Of a stretch of 64,000 nt of DNA, positions 49,916 through 61,249 are shown piece after piece. The position numbers and the translations under genes are program-made. The stretch comes from Hemiscyllium ocellatum (lineage: Eukaryota): positions 49,338,999 to 49,402,998 of the forward strand of contig NC_083424.1 in the NCBI RefSeq assembly GCF_020745735.1, written 5' to 3'. Position 1 is the first letter of the stretch, and every line of letters begins with the position of its first letter. The notes beneath the pieces are model-generated. The model saw only the letters and a program-made list of their open reading frames with translations. It was not told the origin of the DNA and did not search any database.

Positions 49916-50394
49916 CTCGTTTTTTTTTGCATTCGCTCCATGACATTACACTTATAAAAATAGAAAACCCTTGCAGCAGACCACAAGGTGCCACAGTGCA
50001 AGCCACTCCCCTTCCCTCACAGAGTTGAGTTTGCAGCCCAGAAACAGAGACTCCCACAACAAAACCTGGAGAAAGCTTTCCCAGCAGTCAGTGCACTTCA
50101 CTGTTGGGATCCGAATGGACTGGCTTCACTTTCTTCCCCTTTTCATGGTGACGCCATGTTGTACGAAACGTACTTCCCAGGAGTGGAGTGGGCGATAAAG
50201 GCAATAACTTTAAGATGTATCAAATTTTGTTTATATGTTTTTCTTTGAAGTTTCTGATTTCTAATTTTTTAATGCTCTGGAGCCTCAAACCTTGTGTCTG
50301 TAGAACATTAACCCCTTTTACCAAGGGGCTCTAACTCCTTTCTGATTTTACGTCTCAGAGGGACACGGACCCCTTTTCTTACTCTATTATATCT

Positions 50395-50607
50395 GGGGAT
50401 TTGAACCCCAATTAAAACCCGGGGGTCTCTAACCCCAATTAAAATCCAGGGGACTCTAACCCTAAGTGATCCAGAGATCTCTAACCCCAATTAAAACACA
50501 GGGAACTCTAAGCCCAATTAAAATCCAGGGGACTCTAACCCTATGTGATCCAGAGGTCTCTAACCCCAATTAAAACACAGGGGACTCTAACCCCAATTAA
50601 ACCCCAG
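50395..50607. repeat. Tandem minisatellite, about 8 units of 25-28 bp with a 3-unit higher-order period
   Basis: Repeated ggg(g)actctaaccccaattaaaa..ca and ggggactctaacccta.gtgatcca units. Confidence 0.85.
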
Positions 50608-51217
50608 CTTCATGCAAAACGACTCGTTAGTGTACGAGTTACCTCAAAGATTCCATTACCACCAAGTCCCAGGAGTCGAGGAGTCAGCTGAGTGTTAAGT
50701 TTAGAGAGGCAGAGAAAGAGATCAAGGTGAATCTTACCTTGTGGGCCCATTCATCTCATGCAACCAACACTCAGATGATTGCATATTCAAGTTCCATTTA
50801 TGTTGGAGTCCTACTGCAGCCGACATATGTTGGGTTTGTTTCCCGAGGTTCCATACATGAGATGTAATTCACACACACCAACTTCTGCAAACAATTAAAG
50901 TTTATTAAAGCCTGTATAAGCTAGGTGAACATGGTTGAAACTCTTCGCAGGTGTGTGAAGTCAAGTCAAAAGAGGCCCCGAACAAAGGAAATACGTCCCC
51001 TTTATACAGGTCAGTTGGTAATGCTCACAGGTACTCCACCACTCCCCACCCCCATAACCACATGTTGCCCAGATACAATGGTAGGATGATGATGTAAATT
51101 ATCCTCGTAGGTAATGTAAATGTATATGCCCAAATCCTAGGGAATCATTATACAAATGATTTCCTGACTCAGTGATTCCCCAAGATAATGTGGGTATGAT
51201 ATGCTTCAATATCAGGG

Positions 51218-51806
51218 CTACGAACAGTGATCTGTTTGAGGTTTGGTGGTTGTTTAAAGGCAAGTAATGGAGGTGTGGGGAAGGTTTTGGTGAGGTGCTC
51301 ATCCTCATTGATAACCTCAAACAGATCACTGTTCATAGCAAACTGCCCGGCTCTCAGGACAACTCCATACAACCCTGTCACGGTGGACGCTGCAAGACAT
51401 GTTAGATTGTGGACATAGATACCACTATTATGCGTGGGAACACCTCCCACTTTGTACATGGTAGGTACTCATGTGACTCAGCCAACGTTGTCTATCTTAT
51501 ACGTTGCAGGCAAGGATGCCCGGAGGCATAGTATATTGGGGAAACCGAGCAAAGGCTACGACAACGGATGAATGGGCACCGCACAACAATCAACAGACAG
51601 GAGGGTTCCCTCCCAGTTGGGGAACACTTCAGTGGTCCAGGACATTCAGCCTTGGACCTTTGGGTGACCATCCTCCAAGGTGGACTTCGGGACAGGCAGC
51701 AGAGGAAAGTGGCTGAGCAGAGGCTGATAGCTAAGTTCAGTACCCATAGGGAGGGCCTCAACCAGGACTTTGGATTCAAGTCACATTACAGGTGATCACC
51801 ATTGCA

Positions 51807-51844
<38 letters not shown>

Positions 51845-52366
51845 ACAGACAGACAAAGACCTACATGCACACATGTATTTTGTGTGGTGAATTTGTGCTT
51901 GCAGAGTTACATTGCACTTTGCTGAAAAACTGCATACATCCATGTAAAACTCTGAGCTCAAAAACTGCATGAATTTATGCAAAACTCTGTTATCTCACTT
52001 TTTAGATTAGAATCAATCTAAACATCAGGTCATAGACAGAGAACACAGGGGGCTAACACCTTCAACATATTGTCTAGCTGTCACCATTGTTAACAGCTAA
52101 CCCGAGAATGCAACTTTAAAAAAAAGGGTTTTGTGATTTACACATGAAAGAAGTGAAACTATCACTGTATTCTAACAGATGAAAGGCTTAACAATCAATT
52201 TTTCAATGTATAATTTCAGTTACATCACACTGCAAATTTTTGCTATAAATTCTGTGTTACAATCGAGCCCTCCACAATCACCTGATGAAGGAGTATCGCT
52301 CTGAAAGCTAGTGTGCTTCCAATTAAACATGTTGGACTATAACCTGGTGTTGTGTGATTTTTAACT
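51218..52366 (+). mobile_element. Penelope-like element 3' fragment (GIY-YIG region, CA-rich tail, hammerhead motif) with inverted 5' segment
   Basis: Encodes VYLIRCRQGCPEA*YIGETEQRLRQRMNGHR. Same family as 20470-23070. 51221-51243 is an inverted copy of sequence near 51314-51336. (CA)n at about 51808-51849. Confidence 0.85.
52279..52313 (+). ncRNA. Minimal hammerhead motif (third Penelope family)
   Basis: cac-CTGATGA-A-GGAG-tatcg-CTCT-GAAA-GC-TA-gtg, with palindromic AAGCTA/AGCT stem III. Confidence 0.5.
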
Positions 52367-55300
52367 TTACAATAGATAGCCATCCACATTCCTGCATTGC
52401 TGCCTGTGACACAGAATGTCACCACCACGCCACAGCATGTCCAGCATGTTCAGCTTTTTGGAGAAAGACAGTACAGTTTAACCCTTACGTTAATGTCCAG
52501 AGAAATAGTACAATTTAATCTTTTAACAATACAAATTAAACTGGCAAACAAATTCAACAATTCAAATAAAAGGATGAGGATGCTGCATCATTTGTTGTGG
52601 AATATTGTGTATATATTATCTTTCTGCTGACTTGTTGGATATTATTGCTTTTGTACCACAACTGGGATAATTAAAATGCAATCATGTAAATTATTTTAAT
52701 TATCGGAAATGACAATAAATCTATCCTTTGTTTTCATACTACCCTTCCTATTAAACACCTCTAAATTGGTTTTCTCTCTAGAAATAGAATAATAATTTGT
52801 TTCTTAATCCCATTTACCATACATCCTTTAATGATTTGAATTTTTCATCATAGCAGATTATTGATCCAAGCTAATTTGCCTGTTCTGTATACAATAATCT
52901 GGGAAACTAAGTCACATCAAAGTGTAACTTCCCTCCAAATGAATCAAGTACAATTTTCTTAGAACTTTAAATGACTTAAGCATATGATCTAGGCTGATAC
53001 TTGAATGCAGTAATGAGGGTGTGTTGCACTGTAGCAGCAGGTTTTTTTTTAAATGTTGGGATGTCCAACATGTCCACCTTAAAAATTGAGCATTCCACAT
53101 CTCAGGTCATAAAGAGAAAAGTAATCCCTGGTTTCTCCCTGACAAATTATCTTATTTTGTTACTACTTGAGGGATCTTGCTGCACTTTAATTTGTTGATG
53201 CATTTCCTGTTAATTCCAAGAATTATATTTAAAATACTTGATTAACTATAATTACGTTGGGATACCTGAAGTGTTGAAAGCGTCATAAAACCATGGGATG
53301 GCTACAGTGCAGCACGACATCTCATTTGCTTCACACTGCAAATGTGAAGTTGTTCTTTTGGAAAGAAGAACAAAACGAAGAGTATTACTTTAATGGAGAA
53401 AATCAAAAAAACCTGCAACACAAAGGGACTTGGGGGTATTTGTGTATGAAACTTAGACAGCTAGCACACAAGTGTAGCAGATAATCAGTAAGGCTAATGC
53501 GATGTTGGCCCTTATTTCAAGGGGTTTGGATTATAAGAGTAAGGAAGTTTTATTGCAATTGTACAGACTGCTGAGTACTGCGAGCAGTCCTAATCCCCTT
53601 ATTTAAAAAAAAATATTTTACAGAAGATTTGCTAGGAAGATCTCTCTACTGAGGGGTTTTCTTATGAGCAAGGGTTAACTGGTGTGGGACTCTATTCATT
53701 GGAAGTTAGAAGACTAAGTGGTGATCTAATTGAAAGATATAGATTCCTTAAAGGACTTGGCAGGGTAAATGCTGGGATAATGTTTCACTACATGGGAGTG
53801 TTGTACCCGCCACACAGTGTGTTTAAATTCTTATATTCAGCAAAAGAACTGTTAGTTGAGTCTTATCGACAATAATATTTGTTTATTGAACACAATTAAT
53901 GTTAGAACAATAAAGTATATTATAAACTAATGAAAAAATACTGTAAACTATCTTATGCTTTAACTTTGTATGATTGTATACCATCACACTAGAACTTGGC
54001 TGGAATCCACATGGCGATGTCTTCTTCTTCTGATGGTCTTACTCTCAAGTTACCACCCTGAGTGGGGTTTTGCGATGATTCTTATCCTCCTGACTCTTCT
54101 GGGAGAGTCTTGAGGATCTGCCAATGGATTAATCAAGTTTGATTAATCAAGTTTGATCAATCAGACTCAAACAGGTGTTGGCACATTGATGGCAGACTGG
54201 CCCTTTGGTGTCCATTTATGGTAGGTACTGGATGCATGTAGCCCCCTCCAAATAAGGGTGCTTGGCATCTCTGCATTTAGTAAATGAGTCACTGCTCCCG
54301 ATTGTCCCAAAGGCAACATTCCATGGTCCTGTTCAAGTTCAACTTCAGGTGTGTATTGCAGGGTCTACAGCTGTCAAGTTTGTTTGCAAATCATCTGTGG
54401 GCAACTGGAGGCTGTCTGGATTGTGCAGCATGTGAATTAGCACAGTCACTTTCATCAAGGCTGGGTTCTATTTCCCATTGTCCATCTTTTGTAACTCCAT
54501 GATAAGTTTATTATTGTCCATCATAAGTTCATTATTTCGAGTGCCTGGCCATGAGAGAGTGTAGGATCATTTCTGTGGGTTGTCTTTGGAACTCCTTGCT
54601 ACAGACAGCTGTGGGGACAGAGTCCTTGTGTACATTTAAGGCTGAGCTGTATAGGTTCTTGATCAGTCGGGTAATTGAGGGTTGAAAGGAAATGGCAGGA
54701 ACGTGAATGAGGAATGTTGGATCAGTCATTATCCTATTGAATGATGTATCAAGCTATAGGTGCTGAATGAACTACTCCTATTTCTATTTTTTATGGTTTT
54801 ATAAATTCTGTGCAAAGGTAATTTAGTTTGTCTCCACAGTTTCCATACAGTCCTGCAGTATCTTTTCCTTCAATATGTTATTGTTTTATTATTTGCAATC
54901 TGCTTTCAGTATTCTTTCAGATAGTGAATTCTGGACCATAGCCACTCGCATTGGAGAATATTCTTCCAAATGTCGACTTTTTGGTCATTTTGCCAGTCAT
55001 CTTTATTCTGGGATTGATGGATCTCAATCCTTCTGGAATAGTTTCTCTCTAATCCGTCTACTCAGCCTCAAGATTTTGAGCTCATCTGCTAAATCTCTTT
55101 TCAGTTCTCTTCTGGGAATGAAGAGAACAACATCTTCAAATTTATCTACTTGAATAAACTCCTTCATTCACTGAAACCATACAAGTACCTTCTATCCATA
55201 AATGGAAACCTTAGGGAGTAACTGGATTTCACTTCCGTGTAGTGACTGGGACTGCATTCTCTCCAGCAGGGCGCTGAAGGATTTACCAGTTGCTGAATAC

Positions 55301-55539
55301 ACTAGTCACAGACAAATAGGATGGGGATTTAGGTTTGTTGGGTCATCAAACACCATTCATTCACCCAACTTCTACAACATATATAAATAAATGAATCAGT
55401 TAGATTGGTAAGTGTTCAGGTTAAGAGCTGCAGATATGTTTGAAAGTCATAATTCCTGCTCTCAGAGCACTGACCGAATGGATCATCTTTTGAGGGAGGG
55501 AGGGGGTTGTTCATTTCGCACAGGAACGTTTATTCTGAC

Positions 55540-55840
55540 CTTGACTTTTCCTCGGAGCGTTGCGGCCGCGGTTCGCGGCTTTCCGGGGAGTGCTGAGTGC
55601 GTTGCTCCCTTCCGGCGGGAGCGGAGTGAGAGACCGGGGCCACCCCGGGGACGGTGACACCAGGACCGAGCGAGGAGCAGCTTGAGTCCCAGGCATCAGG
55701 GCCCAGCATGAAGCTGCTGAAACCCGCTTGGGTCCATCACAATGGTGAGCGGGTGCGCGGGGTTGGGGGGGGGGGGAGCTGTGCAGGGGAGCGGGCGAGC
55801 TCCCCTCTGGCAATGGGAGGTAGGAAGCCGGGGAGAGCAA
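55540..55840 (+). promoter_or_regulatory. HIRA promoter/5'UTR CpG island
   Basis: GC/CpG-rich stretch (gcggccgcgg, TTCCGG twice) around the HIRA start exon. Confidence 0.7.
55708..55744 (+). CDS. HIRA: HIRA histone chaperone, coding exon 1 (gene continues beyond the window)
   Basis: cagcATG AAG CTG CTG AAA CCC GCT TGG GTC CAT CAC AAT G|gtgagc encodes MKLLKPAWVHHN(G), versus human MKLLKPTWVNHNG. Head-to-head with MRPL40 as in human. Exon 2 was not found in the window. Confidence 0.92.
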
Positions 55841-57287
55841 AGGTGACTACATCTGTCACACACACACAGAATGGGAGTTAATAGCAGGGACTTAACACCT
55901 GGTCAGTCTCTGAGGTGAATGGGAAGGAAGCTGGAGCCCTGAATGGAGAGTTGGAGATCCAGGAGACCCAGCAGCCTTGAATGAGTGAGAAATCCAAGAG
56001 GGAATGGGTAGGAGTACCAGGTTCCAGAGTTCTGCCTGGGTATCTGTATGCCCAGAGCGATGGGGTTCAGGGTCCAGGCATGCACAGTGTATGTATTGGT
56101 GGATTTAGAGGACCAAATGCGAAGTGGGATATGGGGACTGAACCAGTCACCGCAGAGACTATATACTTGGGATAACTAACTACAACAGTCTTAAAATAAG
56201 AAATCGGATCAGAAATAGACTGCATAGTTCCTGGAGCCCACTTTGCCATTCAAAACTTTTAACCAATCTACAAACCCACTTTTGTACCCACTTCCCTGAT
56301 TTCCTGCGCATTCAAAATCTGTTGATCTTGACCTTGAATATACTCAACAATTAAGCAGCTATAGCATCCAGGAAAGAGAATTCTAAAGGCTTTTGACCCA
56401 TTGAGTGAACAACTTCTCATCTCAGTCTGACATGACGTCTCCTTAACCTGATATTTCCTGTAATTCTAGACACTCCAACTATGGAAATAGTTTCTAAATA
56501 TCTAACATTTGGTGCTTTCAAAGAACCTTTCATGTTTTAGTAAGATCACCATTGATTCTTCAGAGATTATAAACCCATTCTAGTTAATTTCTCCTGTTAG
56601 AACAGTCCTCTCACCCCAGGAGTCATCTCTTGAACTTGTGTTGTACCCCTTCTAAGTAAAGTATAGTCTTCCTCAAATATGGTGGCCAAAATTGTACAAT
56701 ACTATAAGACATGGGAGTAGAAATAGCCCATTTGGTCCATTGAGTCTGCTTACCATGAGATTGTGGCTAATAGACTGCACTTTCCTGCCTTTTCCCATAA
56801 TCTTTGAATCCCTTTTCTGATTGAAAACCTATCCCATCCTTGAACATACTTAACGACCCAGCCTCTACAGCTCTCTGCGGTAAGGAATTACACAGATTCA
56901 CTACTCTGAAAGATGTCTCATGAAAGCCTTGTGTAGCTTCCATCAGAGTTTGACTGACATAGTTTACCCCTTTCAGTCATGACCTACTAACACGAATCTT
57001 AACTGCTTGCTCAAACTACCAACGTGTTAACCTTCTCTTTCTTGTACAATGACATCCAAATTCCTCTGAACACCAACATTTAATAAATTTGCAGCATTTA
57101 AAAATATTGTTTTTCTTCACAACAAAACAAGGTGAACCTCTCTTTTCCCTGATGGCTGTTTGCTCACTCACTTATGCTATCTAAATTTCTAATCTTTGTG
57201 TCTTTATCATACTTTTTCTTCTAGCTTTCTTCAGTATTTTCACGTATGAATATGAACATATGTGTCAAAGACAGCATCTATTTTTCT

Positions 57288-57617
57288 TAGAATCCCCACA
57301 GTGTTGAAACAGGCCATTTGGCCCAACAAGTCCACACCAAACCTCTGAAGAGTATCCCACCCAGACCCATTCTCCTACCGTAAAACTCTACATTTCTGAT
57401 GACTAATGCACTTAACTTACATGTCCCTGAACACTCTGGGCAATTTGGCATGGCCAATTCACCTAACCTGCACATCATTGGTCTTGGGAGGAAACTGGAA
57501 CACCAGGAGGAAACCCACGCAGACAAGGGAAGAATGTGCAAACTCCACACAGACAGTTGCCTGAGACCAAAGTCGAACCCAGATACTTGAGGCTGTGAAG
57601 CAGCAGTGCTAACCACC
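57288..57617 (-). mobile_element. HE1-type V-SINE in HIRA intron 1
   Basis: Reverse complement of the SINE head, V domain and tail. Confidence 0.8.
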
Positions 57618-60600
57618 CGATTTTTCCACCCCAAATTGCCCTTTGAACCACAAGGTTGAAACACTGTAGTCCACATGGTTTAAATACACTCAAAATGCTG
57701 TTAGGAAGTGAGTTACAGGTTTCTGACCCTCTGACTGTGAAGAATGATGATGTATCTCCAAGTCAGGATAGAGTGTTTTTAGGTGCGGCTCTTGGTGTTC
57801 CCATGCTCTTGTCCTCCTATATTGCAGATGTGGCAGATTTGGAATGTTGTGGAAGGACACTTGGCAAGTTGCTGCGGTGCACCTTCTAGATGGTACATAC
57901 TGCTGCTCCTCTGCATCATTGACAGAAGGAGAGGACATTTGGTCTGTTGGTTGGGGTATTTACCAAGTGGGCTACTTTGCCTTGGAAGATTGAGGTAATT
58001 GCATGCTGTTGGAGCCACACTCATCCAAGCAAGCGCAAAGTATGTTCTCACTTGCAGCTTTTAGTTAGAGGACAGATTTTGGGAAGCCAGGAGTTGAATT
58101 ACTCACAATTTAACAACCCTAGCTCAAGAATGTTAGGTTTTCCTGCATGTTATCATGTACCTACAGAGACATGAATGATACTGAATGCAATGCAATTATC
58201 AGTAAACGCCCTCACATCTGAATTGTGATGAAGGAAGGTCATTATTGAAGCAATTTCAGATTGTTGGGGTGTTGCCCTGAGAAACTGTAGTGATGCCTTG
58301 GACTGAAATGATTGGCCTCCAACAACTTCCTTTGTTAGTATGACTCCCAGCAGTGGAGAATTTTCCCCAATTCCCATTGGCTTCGATTTTACAAAGACAC
58401 CTTCATGCGATATTCACCTTACTATTTGAACTAAACTTTGACCATGTTTGGACCAAGCTGTAATGAGGTTTTGTATTGAGTGGCTCTGGCAGGCTCCGTA
58501 TTGCATGTCAGGGAGCAATTTATTGCTGAATAAGTGCCATTTGAGAGAATGGTTGATGACACTTTCCATCATTTTGCAGATGGAGATGTAATTAGCTTGA
58601 TTGGATTTGTCTTTTTGTAGAGAAGATATATCTGGAAAAATGTCCAAATTGTCAGGTAGATGCCAGTGTTGCAACCATACTGGAGCAGCTTCATCTGTGG
58701 GTGAAAGTATTTCTAAAGCGTAAGTCTGGAACCTTGTCAGTGCTGATAGCCATTGCAGTATCCAGTGCCTTCAGCCTCTTCTTGCTATCACTTGGAGTGA
58801 ATCGAATAGGTTGAAGACTTCAGAACGGGCTGATGTGCCAATCTGATGTGTTGGCCTCTCCATCATTGAGAATGTGGATGTATGTGGATAATTCTGCTCC
58901 AATTAGTTGCTTAATTGTTTGCCACCTGGCAGCAACTGGACTGTTGCACTTTGACCCATTGGGCATGGGATTGCTGAGCTCTAAGCATGCTGTTTCTTTC
59001 AATCATATGGATACAGTCTGGTTAGTTGCTTCTTCTAGATTATTTATGTAGTTTGTAAAAGAAAAGGCCCAGCATTGACTCTTTCAGTACCTCACTTAGA
59101 GTCTATAAGCTGAAAATTACATTTCTATTCCTCATCTCTTTTCTATCCATGAATCATTCCTCTATCCATGAGATATATATAACTTACAACCCCTGAGCCC
59201 TTGTGTTGTGCAACAACATTTTGTGTGACATTGTATTGAATGCCTTTGAAAGGTCCAAATATATTATAACTGCTAGGTGCCATTTACATTCCCTGCTGAT
59301 CACATCCTCAAAACTGTAGATTGGCCAAACATTGTTTCCTTTCTTCAAAGTGCTTGAGTTGAGGCAGTGACCACAAGCACCAACAGAAGCAAAGGGATTG
59401 AGATGAGATCCAGCAGATCAACCATGAATTTAAAAGTTTCTCCTACTGACATACATTTTTGTTCAAACTGTATGGTTTCATTTGCCCTGTGGAATCATTT
59501 TGGTTAACTATTCAAACTCCTAATTTAGCAAAGAAACATCCTTTCATCCTTAAGTTTAGCATTGACATTTTCATTAGACTACCCTGATATTCCATTTGTA
59601 TTCAGTCAGAGTACCTGGAACTTTTACAAATATAAGACAGTTGTTAGCAAGCATATTCTTCATGTCCTTTTTTTTCCCCTTCAAGATGTTCATAAAAATC
59701 TACCTCTTCATAGAATCTCTTCAGTGCAGAAGCAGGCCATTTGGCCCATTGACCTTCTTTGACCAATATTTGGATATCTAATTTAATACGTTGTCATGAA
59801 CCAAACTTTTAGCTCCTCCTTTTAGCTCTGTATCAATTGTTGTAATGTTCCTGTGAAGTGTCTTGGATGGACTCACTCTGTTGCATGATTGCAAATTCAT
59901 CTAAATGTGCCCAAAGTAGTCCAGTCTTTCTGCTTTCAAGTCTTGCAATGTTGCTTCCATATTTTTGGTGATTATGTAATTGTCAAGGTAAACACATCCG
60001 AAATATTTTGAAATACATGAAGCAGTTTGTATGGCTTTGAATTTTAAAACATGAAATGCATTCTACTTATAAATTTGCTTAGTCTATTTTCAATTAAAAC
60101 TGTTTGTTTTATGCACCTATTAATTTGATTTCAGCAGAAAGAAGATAAGTATAGTTTGACTTGGTTTTCTTTGGCCCAAGAAACTTATTATATTTATAGT
60201 CTTTAAAAACAGAGGAAGACTAAGTTTTGGTTAGGCAATGTCAAGAGCAACTGGTTGATAGGAATGCAGATGGCTGAAGCAGCTGAGAACTGACCACAGT
60301 GGAGTGAATTCATGTGGTCCTGTTGTTGCTAGGTTGATGGATGGACATTTACTAGTGGTACTTCTCACATCTTTTGGGAATGGTTTAAATGGTGTGGTTA
60401 CAGTTTACCTGTCAATGTAAATCCCGATCATGTTATGAAAGAAGTGTGAGAGAATACTTAATGAAATTCATCATATAATGGGACTTGAGGGAGCGGTGAA
60501 AGCAGATTCAATTGTGTCCCCTAAAAGGGAATTTGATAAGCACCTGAAGAGGAATTTGCAAGGTTATAGTGAAGAAATGTAGACGTGAAACTAGATGATT

Positions 60601-61249
60601 GCCCTTGTAGTATGTCAAGATGGATATGATGAGCCAAATGGCCTCTTCCTATGCTGTAATCATTCCATGCTGCACAAGGGGGATGAGTTTCTAATTAACT
60701 TATCCACTGGATGGATCTGACAGACTATCAGGTTCGATGACATTTGTGAGCATAACCTAACAATGCTAACCAACATGACCCTTGACTGGTGGAGGATTGC
60801 AGGTGGTCAGTATATCTGGGGGCCGGGGCTAAGGAGGTAAGCTTGAGTCTTATGATTGATGTTGAAACTCTTGTTGGGTTTGGTTCATTACAACATATTC
60901 ACGTTCTCGCTTTTATCCTGCTCTGTCTTTAATCTCATGTCGACGCCTAGTTTCTGGTTTAGTCTCCAGGGTGTTGAAGATGTGTGTTTCATTGTCTGTG
61001 TTTTCAGCACATGGAGTTTCCTCTTGTGTCATAGGTGTCAGACCTCTGGGGGAAAGGAGGAAATGTAATATCATTTTAACTTATGTGAAATGACTTGTTT
61101 AGGTCGAAAAAATGAGGTTAGTAACTTGAGGACCCAGATGTAAAATGACCAGCAATGTGAAATCATCATATTTTTGCATTGAGTTGTTGTAGGTTGGAAC
61201 AGTGGAGGTAACTTCAGTAGTAGCTGGCAGAAGGAAACTTGCTAGATTT

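Larger units (their letters stand above)
43316..52533 (-). mobile_element. Non-autonomous LTR/ERV-like provirus carrying an RBPMS2 cDNA, with nested CR1 and Penelope insertions
   Basis: Two related LTRs in the same orientation, a PBS-like site and splice donor after the 5' LTR, and an env-like TM remnant plus PPT directly before the 3' LTR. Confidence 0.72.
50828..52533 (-). repeat. 5' LTR, interrupted by a Penelope fragment (51218-52366)
   Basis: Minus strand TGTATT...CCCAACA. Contains TATAAA (51001-51006) and AATAAA (50901-50906), with long near-identical blocks shared with 43316-43961. Confidence 0.8.

Noticed and set aside
50395-50607. CRISPR-like array or interstitial telomere
   Set aside because: The units are contiguous with no unique spacers, the context is eukaryotic, and TAACCC occurs once per 25-28-bp unit rather than as (TTAGGG)n.
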